A DNA stretch of 64,000 nucleotides, from the NCBI GenBank assembly GCA_964057225.1, contig OZ059895.1:15314001-15378000 (forward strand), read 5' to 3'. Each line of letters begins with the position of its first letter. The first letter of the stretch is position 1. This stretch comes from Auanema rhodensis. Its lineage: Eukaryota > Animalia > Nematoda. Positions 28,341 to 42,175 of this stretch are shown in pieces. The translations under genes and the position numbers were made by a program. The notes under the pieces were generated by a model. That model had not been told where the DNA came from and made no database searches. It worked only from the letters and a program-made list of their open reading frames with translations.

Positions 28341-30076
28341 TTGCTAATTACAATATGAAAAACTTACCGGCATAATATGACTTGTGGCCAGTGTCCGGAA
28401 GCTGAATCCATTGAACTGCACTTCGGGTTACTTCGAATCGTGTGGTCAATTTACATTTATATTACACCGTAACATAAACAAAACAAGAAAAATAAAACAT
28501 GAACGACAAAAAAAAACAATATAAGAGAAGAAGAAACACATAGCAGTAATTCACCTTTGCGTTACAAGTTATGAATGGATTAGTGTATATGTACCTTAAA
28601 ACGGTCAGAAAACGTTTGACGTACTACAAAGAAAATCGGCTAAAAGGAGAGGAGCTGAGTAGGGATATGTGGAATTTGAACCCATATCATACCAGTACTA
28701 ATTAAAAGAAATTTCATAGCTATTTTTTACTCTTACTTGCATGAAATAACTTCTTAGATCTTGAAATGTGAAAAACTTCAGACAAACATTTGCTTTGTGA
28801 AAATGAGAAAAATGGATGGGACCCGATTATAGTTAAAACCCAAAGACATTCATGTCCACTCTTGTAAGATGATTATGTCATATCCTTGATTCTTTATTAC
28901 AACTCTGTAAGCAATACCATAAATGTATATTTGACAGAATATATATATTTTTTTTTCTAATATTCATATAAAGAAGCAGTACCGAGGAAAATTAAAGAAA
29001 AGAACATGCCTGAGTAAATGTATTGTTGTCCCATCCAGTTCACTTGAAGCTTTCATTTAAACCATAAAACTTTAAAAGGCGTTCAAACTAAAAGATTGAA
29101 GGAATTCCAAAAACTTTCTATTCTTTTTCTCACCTCTACATAACACTGCTCAAAGCTCATCTAACACCAACACCAAGTTTTAGCGGCATTTTTAAAACCT
29201 ATATAAGGTTAGTAAATCATATTTAATCTCATTTATATTTGTATAAATCTAATGTTAAATAAATCAATCATCAGGACGAAATTATCAATTGTAGGATTTA
29301 CCTAATAAGAAGACCGAATTCCATACAAAGTTCAGTAGTTTGGGAACATCCAACTCAACACCAGAAAACTGCAAAGAAAAGACAATATAGCAGTGAAATA
29401 AAATTGTTTTAACACTTTCATACTATCACATTCTAACACAAATTCACACCCTCTCGACCCAAAATAAAGATTTCCGAACAGAATTTGTAGTGGAAAAACG
29501 AAGTTGGGCATAATATGGCTAAGATCTTGATATCACCACAGCACAGGAAGGAAAGAAAAAAATGCAGATGCTATGCTATTAAGAAATAGCACTACGGATA
29601 GCAGCCTTATCTTCTACGAGCAATAGCTTCCGGCATGAAATCCGACTCTGTGAGTGTTGTAACTCTGATTCAACTCCAATTCTGGATTCGGTTGCACACC
29701 CCCATTGAAAACAAGCCCCATAAATAAGGTTTCGAAGTGTCCTAAATTGCGGTGCTGTTTCAGCAAAAATAAGAACACAAATATAAAGTCACTAAGGATA
29801 TGTTAAAACCCTTAATCTAACAAAATAAATCGAAAAAACAAAAGAATGACACTCAAACAAAGAAACAACTAAGGTTAACAAATCCCAGAATTTATCAAGA
29901 TTCGATTTGGCTGGTAATGACTGAGTATTAATGGTTACAACAGAAAATTAGAAAAATCATCCAATTTCAATAAAAGTATGTATTTCTACTCAGAAAATAT
30001 AGAGAATACGATAAAATATAAAAATAATATAACTAAAATATAATAAATTTACAATCTTGACACTGGTTGTTATCTT

Positions 30077-33000
30077 TCATATGGAATAAGAGTACACTAA
30101 GTCGTCAGCTCCTCTACTTACCTGCTAATGAATCCAGAAGCGACAAAATTTGTTCTTTAGCTGATTGACCCGCGGTGAAGGAAGAAGTATCACCGATAGC
30201 GCCCTATTTATAATTTATGAAAACGCTGTAAGTGCTGGAACTATTGTACCTTAAGCTGGTTTAATACTTCAAGACACGAGCTTTCTGGCAAATTTTGTAA
30301 AATGGCCCGAAGAGGAGAACTATCTGCTTGGTTACGCAAAACTCTAGCTACGGCGTCATTAATTGTAACCGCTTAAAACTTTCCTATTCCAAAAAGCTGA
30401 ATAATGAAGAACTTACCTGCAGAACCTGGAAGATGGGGATTCGAACGATCTGAAGGATGCATTGGAAGTGCGGGGGCACTTTGTAAGTTAGGAGGAGGTA
30501 TGCCACACCTTCTTTCCTTCCTCTGCTTCTTACTCCATAACTCATGACAATCCTAGAGTTGAACACAATGAATAAATTTATAACAAACATGATTCTCACT
30601 TGATTACGCGGAAGACATAATCGAGGTACTTGTGTGGGATCAATATGTTTCACCCAACTGTGCTTCAAAGCATCTGAAGCGGAAACACGTCGTTTGGGGT
30701 CAAGAACAAGCATTTTATCAAGCAAATCAAGAGCCCCAGCAGGCATCAAGCTGAAAATGAAAAAAAAATAACTTTGAATAATTAATAAAAGTATTACGAT
30801 CCAAATTCCTCGCGCAACACACGTCTATATAACTTCTTAGGACGTAGTGTATGATATAGAGGTAAACTTTCAACGTCTGCCCAAACATCGGGCGTTGGAG
30901 ATCCACAAGTTTTGGAAATAAAGTCTAATTGAACAGGTTCGTTACTACCCATGAATATAGCCTTCTTTGTGAAAAATTCGGCCAGTATACATCTTAAAAT
31001 AGTTTACATTACACAAAATAAATGAACACAAAACATACCCTACACTCCATACATCTACTTGGGGTCCATAATGTTCTTCACCCAAAAGAAGTTCAGGAGG
31101 TCGATACCATAAAGTAATAACTCTATTTGTATATAATCTTTTTTGATCTTCATAATAAAGACGGGCAAGACCGAAGTCAGCAATTTTCAGTTCACCCCTA
31201 AATTAAAAGAAAATTAATTACAAAAGAAAAAAAATTGAAATACCTATTATTAACAAGTATATTGCTGCATTTAATATCACGATGTAAAAAATTAGCGGAA
31301 TGACAATACTCTAACCCCTAGAAAAAATAAATAATAATTTAATTACTGATTTAGGTTTTACTTGTAATAACTGCTTGAACATTCCTGCGATTTGATCAGA
31401 TGTAAATGCAGGTATCAAACTATTAGCAGAAGCCTCAAGAAGGCCAGTTAGATCGTGATCAACGTACTCGAACACGAGATAGAAATTAACTGAAAAAAAG
31501 TTTAGTGAGGATATATGATATAGCTCATACCTTTATCACATCGAAGATCTGACGTAGTTTGCTTATCAGTAACAATATCAACAAGCTTTACGATATTTGG
31601 ATGATTAAGTTGTCGTAGAATTTTGATTTCTCGTACAGCGGTGATTGGGAACCCTTCTTTCTCATTTTCCAATCGTACCTTTTTCAAAGCTACTCTTTCT
31701 TCTTAAACGTTTCATCATAAATACAACATTAAATTAAAAAATATTATACCTGTAGATTTATCCTTAGCTTTGTACACCTGACCGTATGTTCCTTCACCAA
31801 CTTGCTCCACGATGTCATACTTTTCAACGAAACCACTGCCCCAATCACTGGATAAATCAATTTCTCGTCTTTCCTTATTTAAAACCCTGAAACAAATTAT
31901 ATAAAGGCAAATAAAAAGAGTTAGTAATAAATGCAACTTACACTGGTTGTTCATAACTTCGTTTCAAAGCTTTGGGAAGAGACCTGGACGTTGATGCTGA
32001 TGACAGAGTCGGAGTCTGCTCAACTTTAACTGGTGGAATGAGTGTTGCACTTGAGAATATATTAAGAGGCGGTAGAACACCTATTGGAGGTACAACGCCT
32101 GGTGGAACTCCAGGACAAGTGAAGGGAGGGGGAGGCATAGTGAAATTTTGGCCCTAAATTCAGAAAAAATGTGAATGAATTTTTTTTTTAATTCACCGGT
32201 AAGCCTGGAGGTGGAGGAGGAGGTACTGGAGCGAAAAATGGTGGCATTGACATTTGAGAAGGTGCAGGAGGAGGCTGGGGAACCGGCATGACCATACCCT
32301 AAAGAAGAGAGATTAAATTTAGCTAATAATTATACAAACCGTATTATAATAACTAAAAGAAGGATGTTGCGGTAATGTGCTTGTAGGTACACCAGCGTTT
32401 GAAGTACTTGGTTTAGAAGATTTCTAGAAAAAATATTGTTCACTGATTTAAGCTGCAACACTGGATACCTTCAAATCATCACTACTCGTGCTTGAAGAAG
32501 AACTATCTCTTCTGCGCTTATGACTTTTCTTTTTAGATTTTGATTTTTTTGGTTCGCTTTGCGTAAATAAAGAAGACAGTTTTCCTCCATGCTTGAGGCT
32601 GAAACGAAGCTTGATTACAGTTTCATTACTAATTTGCTCACTCTGTGAAGTCGCAACTTGACTCAGATGTTGTTGATCGCCGTCTTCGTCTTCGCTCTTG
32701 CTTTCCTCGAGATCTAGAGTTATGCGGTGATCGTGAACGCGTTCGAGAACGAGTGCGGGATCGTCTTTAATGGGATTATAAGTACTGTTAATAACTTAAC
32801 GAGATGCCTGGATTTTCTGTCCCGTTTCCGGTCTGATTCCCTTCTTCGATCAAATTCCCTTCTACTACCTTCCCTGCTCTCCCTGCCACTTTTGTTATCT
32901 CTATCTCTACGAGAAAATTCCCGATCCCGAGATCGCGAACGCCTTGAAAACTATTGATTAACGCATGTTTCGAGTAAAAACGTACCTTTTAGGTGAAGAA

Positions 33001-33228
33001 GAGCGCTCCCTCTTCTTCTTCTTGTTGCTTTTGTGACGGGGACTTAAATCATGGCTTTTGTTGCGAGAGTTTCTACCGGAAGAACTGGGAGTTATACCTC
33101 CTGATTCTAAATTGAGACATAAAATTTAATTTCCATATAAATCACTAACCTTTGGATTGTGTTCTTCCATTGGCAATACTCGGGGCCTCTGCGGAATTTG
33201 ACTCTTCGCTGACCGAGTCAAAGCTCAT
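30077..33228 (-). CDS. cdk-12: Cyclin-dependent kinase 12/13 (RNA Pol II CTD Ser2 kinase); 3' end may be alternatively spliced
   Basis: N-terminal RS-rich and Pro-rich regions; [11 protein letters not shown]; [25 protein letters not shown]; HRDIKCSN; DFGLAR; [18 protein letters not shown]; [10 protein letters not shown]. Confidence 0.95.
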
Positions 33229-33409
33229 TTCAGCCTATTAAAAATATATGGTCAAAAATTAATGTTTGAATTAAACATACCCTGGATATGTTATCCACTT
33301 TGATATTTTTGTATCGTATTGGCCACCGGAGAAACTGCAAATTTAAGAATTAATCAAATTGAATATATAAAATTAAAGCTTTTTCAAGCAGGCAACAATA
33401 TATAGCGGT

Positions 33410-33500
33410 ATTGATGACGAATTGGCGTTATTGAGGTGGCCCTTGTAATGCGTCAAGTGTTGCGCGATTTACGCTGGCGCATTTCGCTCCCAAGCTCTGG
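33410..33500. promoter_or_regulatory. Probable cdk-12 (possibly bidirectional cdk-12/LASP) promoter core
   Basis: CpG-rich patch TGCGTCAA-TTGCGCGA-TGGCGCA just upstream of the cdk-12 5' UTR exon. Confidence 0.5.
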
Positions 33501-34392
33501 ATAAAAGCATGGACTTTCAATTTTAATGTTTATGCAAAGTTTAGTAAAAGTTTTTGTTTCGTAGTACTTCGGAAAGTAAACGTTTAGTTGAAAATTTGAA
33601 AGTTCATTCCAAAAGCTCATTCATTTCCAGCATCAGAACAATTTTTTACTATCCGGCATACAGTAAGCCATTTAAATTTACCTGGTATCAAATAAATAAT
33701 GTATAAGCTGGTTTACCGTAATGCAATCATCTTTAAACTAATTTTCAATAAAAATAATAATCCACTAACACAAACAATTGAATTGCTTTAAATGATTTCA
33801 TCGTGTAAAAGTCATCCTGTTTTTTACCTGTACAAATTTTTACGGGAATATTCACCAGAAAGTTGGCTGAATCATAATAATACTTTTTACTTAAATTTTC
33901 CTGCTGGCATGTTATATATATATCAAACAACTTCCACGCGAATGAATCATTATTGCCCACTTTTGTTCGCGCGGTGTTGAATTCTTATACTTTTGCGATT
34001 TTTTAACAAAAAAGCTGATGTCAATTGTGCTTGCCAGTGCACCAAAGCAGAATCATTCTTCAATTAGCTGCTGCTCTCCCATCATTTCCCAGTCAGCTGT
34101 TGCGGCTCTCTCATTGTCTCTCGTTGTGATAGTGTCCATCGCCTCCGTGAAATGCTATCCTTTCGATTTCTTGCGCATTCTTGCGATCATTCTTCGCCCT
34201 TACTATATGCTATATTATTAGATTGTTTCATCACTTTTATTCGTCTTCTACAACAGAGGATATGTCTTTGTCATTGTTTCAAGTCTTGTTTGTTTGAATT
34301 TACGACTGTTTCTATGATTCATGTAGCTTGTTCCGCTTTTTATTTTCCGTAACCTTTCTTAAACATTCTTAACCTTTACAGGCCGTTCAGAG

Positions 34393-36373
34393 ATGAGCGC
34401 TAAAAAGTGTGCTCGTGAAGAGTGCGGTAAATCCGTGTATCCCATAGAAGAACTGAAATGTTTAGATAAGGTTTGTCTGAAATGTTTTCTACTATATATA
34501 TGTATATCAGCTTTAATGATATTCCAATCAGTTCTTATTCTTCGTTATCTTCAGGTCTGGCACAAACAATGTTTCAAGTGTACTGTATGTGGTATGACAT
34601 TAAGCATGAAAAACTACAAAGGTTATGACAAGAAACCCTACTGTGAGCCGTACGTCTGTCTTTAAATTTCTGTGTATTCTTGTTTTGTTGTTTAGTCACT
34701 ACCCAAAAACAGTTGCTTCGTCTGTTGCTGACACTCCTGAAATGAGAAGAATTGCGGAGAACACTAAGATTCAGAGTCAGGTTTGTAAGATTTCTCTCAA
34801 TCTTTATGGCCGTTTTAACCATCTGCTGAATATTACATAAATTTAGGTGAAATACCATGCAGAATATGAAAAGATGAGAGGAACTAAAATTGAAATTGCC
34901 GATGATCCAGAAGTAACTCGTCACCTGAAAAATACGGCGGTATGCTGTGATATTCATAAAATGAAACAGGTTTATGGAGGTTCATTTTAGGCCCAATCAC
35001 AGCTGGCCTATACGGGAGAGATCGAGAAAAGAAAGAAAATGGAAGAGGTGCGACCCACCGAAATGAGCGCCACAGATGGTTCAGGTGGGACAAGTTTAGA
35101 TGAAGCGAAATATGCCGTTAAAGTTACCGTTTACAACAAAGCGTAGATATAGATAGATATATAGAGCCAATTACTAGTAAAATTTGAGTTTTAACTAGGC
35201 ACTGCTTCTTAGTTTTTGTTAGTTTGGTAATGCGGAATGTCCTAGTAGAAAGGATGTCCAAATGTGCTCTTGACAGGTTATTATTGTTTTCTTTCGAATT
35301 TTCTCCAGACGATTTTGTGATGCACTTCTTCTTTCTATACTCTCTTAGTTGTATGCACAATGAACGCGCTTCCATAAAGTTTTCTATCGACCAGTGTGAG
35401 ATTACAACGAGTGATCTTGGGAGTCTATTGAAACTAATGTTGTCTGCCATTCAATTCACAAATCGAAAGAAACACATTAACTATTAGAAAATATTAAACT
35501 AGATAGAACAACTTTTTAGTTCAAGTGTGAAGAATTAACGTTGCAGGATTAGGTAGAATAGTATCAACTCCATTAGAACACTGTTATAATGAGCCGGCTG
35601 TCGTACCAGAAGTTCAGAGCAATACACGAGTACCAGAACAGCCATCAGCATTAATTTATTCATCAGATAAAGGAGGAGTAGGCATGTTTATAATAATGTT
35701 TTATTTGATTTTCTTTATTACTAATATTTTCATAAATTTTTACAAAATAAGTTGAAATTTAACGTTGGATTATACTTTGTACTATTTCAGTCAATCAAAA
35801 TCCATCCAGACATGTTGGAAGCATTGCTGATTATGATCCTCTCAACGGTCAATGGGGCTCGGTTAACCAGAACAAGACAAGTGAGTTTGAGTGATATAAT
35901 GATGCGTGGGAATTTCATCTTGTTGTCTTTCTTAGAGGACACATAATATTTTTTTTATCATTATTAAAAGCAGATGAAAAATTAATGTTGTGTGCCAGTT
36001 TGCATAGAGTGCTGTGTTTTAGAAGAAGAAGCTCGGTATTGCGTGGATTTTGCAGAAGAAATTGCTCAGAGAAGGGACTCCACTGGCAGTATTACATCCG
36101 CTCCTAACGCAAAACAAGTTGGATTCGCTGTAAAGGCTCTTTATGATTACTCAGCAGCAGACAAAGATGAGGTTATCACAACAAAACTTCTTTAGTTATA
36201 TAAAGTTGATGATTTAGGTTTCATTCTTGGAAGGTGACATCATCGTCAATTGCGAAAAAGTTGACGAAGGATGGATGACTGGAACTGTTCAAAGAACTCT
36301 ACAATGGGGAATGCTACCTGCCAACTATGTGCAGTCATATAAATTGCCCACCGGACTCCACAGAATTAAATAG
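34393..36373 (+). CDS. LIM, nebulin-repeat and SH3 domain protein (LASP family)
   Basis: [30 protein letters not shown] (LIM); [22 protein letters not shown] (nebulin repeat); [19 protein letters not shown]...GWMTG...GMLPANYV (SH3). Confidence 0.95.
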
Positions 36374-36926
36374 TGCATTTGACGTCAAAGCGAAAATGCG
36401 TCTTCCCCACCCAGATCAGTCCGATTGTTTCGAAAATCATTCAATATTCTTACTTTGATTATGCTTCAATGTGCTGCTGGTTTTATAGCATTTACTTACT
36501 TAATTATAATTATAATAATTTTTTTTACATAATATTTTTGACCCTACTGCTGCCTAAGACACTACTGTGAAGTTTCCATTATTTTTTATCCACTTGAAAT
36601 AACTCTATAATTCCTTTAATTAATTTGTCTTACTATTTTATTGTCGATAATATTATATATGCTTGCTATTGTTTCACGCCGGGTTTAAATTTATCTTTGT
36701 AAAGCTAATTTATATCAATTTATGAATTGAAGCAATGCGTGATATTCTATATTTTGCTTTGAATTGGTTTCATGTGCCTTGGCGTCTATGCTCTCCTTCG
36801 AGATAAATTATATATTAAATGTTTATAATATAAAAAGAAATTTCGCATTACATAAAATTATTATATATCGTTGTGTTTCGTTTTTTTAAACATGTTGTTA
36901 AACTACAACTAATACACATTTTTTAG

Positions 36927-38922
36927 ATGTCTTCGTCTGATGATAAAGAGCAGGTTTCTGAACTGGCTGTCAAGCCTGTCAAGTCAAAAACTAACGAAAA
37001 TAATAAGGTTGGGTCGATTAGTAGGGAACGGCAAAGTAGAAATAATTTTCTTCAGCAATTAAGCTTGAAATCTGGAGATATACAACCTAAACGAGTACCT
37101 AGAACAATTCTGACTGAAGAAGACTATTTGGACAAGTTAGACAAAATCATAACAAAGAACTACTTTCCTGAAGTTCCAAAAATGAAGGTAGATTTATTCG
37201 TTTTACGAAATTTACAAATTTATAGAATTTCTAGGCCCAAATAGAATATATTGAAGCAGTTTCCAAGAACGACATCACAAAAATGCGAGAACTACAAGCT
37301 CGTTTTAATACACAACGACGAACGGAAAGAAGGTTTTTTTTTAAATTTTTTTTCAAGTTTATTTCATAATTTTATACAGAACTTCTCCATCTATACGACG
37401 AGAAACTTCGCCAGGAGTAGCTGCAACTTCACCTATGCATTTCGATCCCGATACTCCTGGTCCTAGTAGAAATTCAAGCTCTCCCTTGAGATATAGTAAT
37501 ACTGAAGGAGATAATGAAGTAACACTTGATGCGAATTTCCCAATAATTTCAAATTTACAGAAATATATAGATAAAGATAAAGTGAAGCCTACCAAGAACT
37601 TACCAGAAAACATGTCCATTGACGGTTGGTTTTATCTCAAACTCTGCCATGCTTTATCACTAATATTTAAGGTTTTCTTAGTAAATATACTTCCGAAGAC
37701 AATGCGTCTTTTGAAGAATTAGCTGCACTGGTTCATACAAGGGACCTAGTAAAGAATAAATGGCTCTATGATGCCGCTGAAAAACACAATAGAGAATTGG
37801 TAGTGCAACAATCTATTGCTGCTGATGCAGATGTTCAATTAGTTTTGAAATACAAAGTTGAAGCTAAAAATGGTAATTTTTTTCTTTTCATTTATTATTA
37901 TATATGTTTATTAATAGAAAAACCCCTGGCACTTGATAATTGGGAATACAAAGCTCGTAACTCAGTTCTCTTTTATCCCGAGGGTGCTGCTTTAACTAGT
38001 GAAGAAAAAATCGACGCTGCGAAAAGAAATCAAAGAATTATCAACAAAGAAGCTACTCGATTCCCAGAAGAACTAAAGAGAGCCAACCAGCCTTCTGCGA
38101 ATCGGGCTGCAATTATTCAATCTGCACTTAACCCTGGAAAAGTAGATATTACTGGAAGAGAGGCTGTTACTGGCCAAAACCTTGGTGTATTAGCGACTCC
38201 CACTCCAGCTCCAGGAATTGATGACACCCCATTGATGACTTGGGGAGAAATTGACGGTACTCCTTTCCGTCTTGATGCTACAGATATGGCTTGCCCGCCC
38301 GATAATGCACCAGCATTTAAGGTAAAAACCTGATATAAACCTCTTTTACTAAAATTTTGTTTAGATGCCTGAGGTACCCCAACGAGAGATGCTAGCTCAA
38401 GGAATAACAGATCAAATCTCGAAACGATCTAGAGACAAGAAGCAAGCTGCTATGAAAGTTGCTGAGAGAACTTAGTAAGTATTCTATGTAAAATCCAATC
38501 TTATTCAAACGCTTAAGTAAAACACCAACGTTTTCATCTGCTCGCTCTACCCATGGAGGCATTTTCTCACCTGCTGCTAAAAAGCTCTCAAACCAACTAG
38601 GAATTCGGTTGGGATCCAGTAGTTCTTTCTTAAAATCTGGAACACCTACGCCAAAGTACAAATTCGTATTATAAATTTTATATAATTATATATTTTAGAA
38701 CAAAAACGCCTGGTTCAAGCAGATCATCTGTTCAATCTTCTCCGAACATTTCAGCTATGATCAGACAAAGAGATCATTCGAAGAAACTATCCATTACGGA
38801 TAATCTTATGAATGTATGATAAGATTTAACCCTGATAATCGTTAATATATTCCTAATTTCAGATCACAGGAAATGAAGACACAGGGTCCGGATCCCGACC
38901 TAAAGCTAGTGATTTCTTCTAG
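36927..38922 (+). CDS. ess-2: Splicing factor ESS2/DGCR14
   Basis: EEDYLDKLDKIITKNYFPEVPK; FLSKYTSEDNASF; WEYKARNSVLFYPEG; PLMTWGEIDGTPFRLD; C-terminal ASDFF. Confidence 0.95.
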
Positions 38923-39076
38923 ATGCCATCACATACATATAATATAGGATTATGCTTTAAAAAAACTATTTTAATAAAAATCACAGAATATAACTTATGT
39001 ATATGACAAGCTTATTAAGGAATGGTATGCTAAAACGTTCTATAAATGTGGAAGTTATAACAATAAAAATATAAAA

Positions 39077-40300
39077 TTAAGCAGAAGCAGCGGCTTTAGC
39101 TTCTTCTCTTTGTTTCTTCCAACTTGATCCATCTAAGTTAATCCACTCTAACCAATCATCAACAATGGTTCTCATATTCTTAAGTTTTTGTAGTTCTTAA
39201 TTGGAAAATAAACAAAAATACTTACCTTATCATAAACAATTCCACTTAAAGCCATTAAAGCTTTATCGTCTTTAATACAGAATCCATTTCCAAGGAAAGC
39301 ATCTATCTGAGCAAGAAGACCTACATAATTTCCTTCTTTAGTGAATCTCATAAAACGACCCGATTTATCCATGATAACTACATCATCTTCATAGCTAAAT
39401 GAAGGATATTTACATGTGCACAAAAAGGTTAAACATACAGTTGAATGCTACGAGGGAAGAAAATTTTGTCTCCTTCTTTCCCGCCAGAGCTAAAGCTTTT
39501 AACAATGCTTCCGTTAGTAATGTCAATTATAGCAATGCGTTGGCTACAAAATACGTTTTAACTATTATTACTCTAAAGGTATATATACATACGCTGAACT
39601 CATGCTAACTGGTCTGGAAGCCAGTGATACCATAATCTTGGTATCGTCCAACGCACACATAGTTTGGAAACATTCAGTCTCTTCAATAGTATTAACAACT
39701 TCCCAATCAATTGGACAATCAAAGCTTGTTCTTTAAAAAAGGAATCAATGAAGCATAAGAGTAATATCAAAATCTTACTTGTAGATTGAAGATTTCGGTC
39801 CTTGAGGCTGCTTACTTACGCAAATGTCACCACTTGAAGTAACTGTCATCGAGAAAACTAAAAAAATAGTATATAAAGCTCTTTTGATGTTAATGAAGAA
39901 ACTTACAGATACCATCAACCAATTGTTCATGTTTTAATTCTCCTTCAAGACTATAAAATCTTAGTTCGGTAGATTTTAAATTATCCTCGGCACAACTATA
40001 TATAATCTTAAATTTCAGTTTTGGTTGCACTATATGTTATCAGCTCAATCATACCGTATCCTTATAGCATACAACTTGAGAAAAGCCAGCCATTTTTTTA
40101 GGGAAAGGATTCTTGTTCTCCCAGAGTGTTGTTCTTCTTTCAGAATCAAATTTGAACAGTCCTCCTTTACTGGCAACCCAGATGTTACCTTCAGGATCAT
40201 GGCATACAGCATAAGGAATAGTGGCTCCTCTGGGTGTGAGATGAAGGAACATCTCGTCAAATCTCTGCATATCAGAGGTATCAGATGCTGGCTCAACCAT
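39077..40300 (-). CDS. Stand-alone NHL/beta-propeller-like protein (~310 aa), function unknown
   Basis: Seven in-phase exons with blade-like segments [65 protein letters not shown]. Confidence 0.7.
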
Positions 40301-41371
40301 TTTCTGAAAGTATGCTTGTATTAGACTCAGAAAATAGCATATAGTTATAACAGAAGAATACATAGCAAAGTTCAAAATTTGGTCCCGTCCTACGACCACC
40401 GCGCGATCTATGTGTACCGTACCCCTGTTATTAGAAACAAATTGGATATTTGGAATGCAAACTTTCAGATACATTAAGAAAAATAAAAATCAGTCTTTTT
40501 CTGGATATCTGATGTGATCTATGGGTTGATTCGTGAAATATAACATCTTTTTGAAAAAAAAACATTCTTACATACTACGGGAAAGACCTTACTGTGTTTT
40601 TTCAATTCGCCTAATTATAATACAATATTGCAAAACTATATAGCGATATAATTAAGAAATTAGCGATAGGGCTCAATCAACAGTATATATTCAATAAAAT
40701 AATAAACCTAAACTCGATGATTAATCCATTAATAGGTTGGAAACGATGCTGTAGGAAATTGAAAGTGCGAGAGTGTTCCCGAAAATACAAATGCAACCGC
40801 ATCCAAACTCGTAACCAGGTAGAATTATAGGATTTGATTCACGTGGGGATGAACGCTTACATTATTTTATGAAAATTGAAGCAAGGCAGTGGTTGTATTC
40901 CGTTAGCAAACTTCAAAAAAAAATTTAAGAATTAGTGTTCAGTAAAATTAAAGTATCGTACTTCACTACAGCCAAGGAATAACACATTGAAATTGTTAAG
41001 CGAACCCGGTTATATTGGGAACTCCTCATTCCACTAATTCCTTCCGAAAATCCTGACATGGATTACTATTATAAAAAAATCCAAAACAATCAGATATTTA
41101 CAGCATATTAAAAGAAATACATATGTATGTATAATGTATAAAGAGAAAAGATATCCTTTCACCTTCTTCACTTCAATTTCAAACTTAATTTCTTTAAATG
41201 TGCCGTAAATGCAAAATGACATTGCGTATATGTTTTATTGCGTATTTTTGAGTTCTTAGAATGAAATATTTTTGTTTGTAGTTTTTATTTTCTATTTAAA
41301 TTATTTTTTGTATGTAAATCTTTGAAATAATCTTCTAAATAACGTATTTCTTTTTAGGGATAGTTTCTACC

Positions 41372-41982
41372 ATGTTTGTAAGAGCTGCACGCTTTCCTTC
41401 TTTATTAACGGTATTTTTTGTTGTAATTAAGCTTATTACTGATCACTAAATAATAGGTTAACTCTATTCGCCATAAAGCTACTGGTATCAAGATTGAGAA
41501 TGTTTCTGCAGATGTTCTCCCATACAAAGGAAAGCCTGCTAGCAACAAATCTATGAAAGTCGAGCTTTCGGCTGGAAAATCTTATGCTTGGTGTTCCTGC
41601 GGACTTAGCACTAAACAGCCATTCTGTGATGGAACACATAAGCTCAATGGCGTTACTGATGTTAAGCCAGTTAACTTCCAAGTAAGTTGCATTCTTTTCT
41701 AACAATTTTTTTCATTAACGCTGTTCAGGTCGAAAAGAGCGGAACTTACAAGTTATGTAATTGCAAGCAAACTGATTCCAGACCACTTTGTGATGGAAAT
41801 CATAAGCAGGTAATCATTATTATTAGTTGATTTATATGTATCTTGATTGTTCACAGACTTCTCCCATTCCTGGATATGCAAATGCTACCAGGATGGTTGC
41901 TTTCGGAGATTCTAATTCCCCCGTTTACAATGGAGTTGCCCATAAGCTTGGGTATAAGCCTAAGAACGGAGGATTTCAGTAA
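41372..41982 (+). CDS. cisd-3: CDGSH iron-sulfur domain protein 3 (two CDGSH domains, mitochondrial)
   Basis: Basic N-terminal presequence; YAWCSCGLSTKQPFCDGTHK and LCNCKQTDSRPLCDGNHK; four exons; absent from the ORF track. Confidence 0.93.
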
Positions 41983-42175
41983 ATTTAATTGATTTGGACA
42001 CAGTATAGATAAAAGTTTTTTGAAAAAATTATTCTATTTTATTGTCTATAGCCGTTAGTTAGGTTTAATGAATTTACTATGAAAATGTAGTACACATTTT
42101 ATTTTCATACATACATTACCAGTGTGAATGACCACTGGGATTAAGAATATAAATATATATAAGCTTTGGTTCTTC

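Noticed and set aside
28360-28450. AAACTTACC resembling the U1 snRNA 5' end
   Set aside because: No following U1 stems or Sm site; it is simply the complement of a GTAAGT donor
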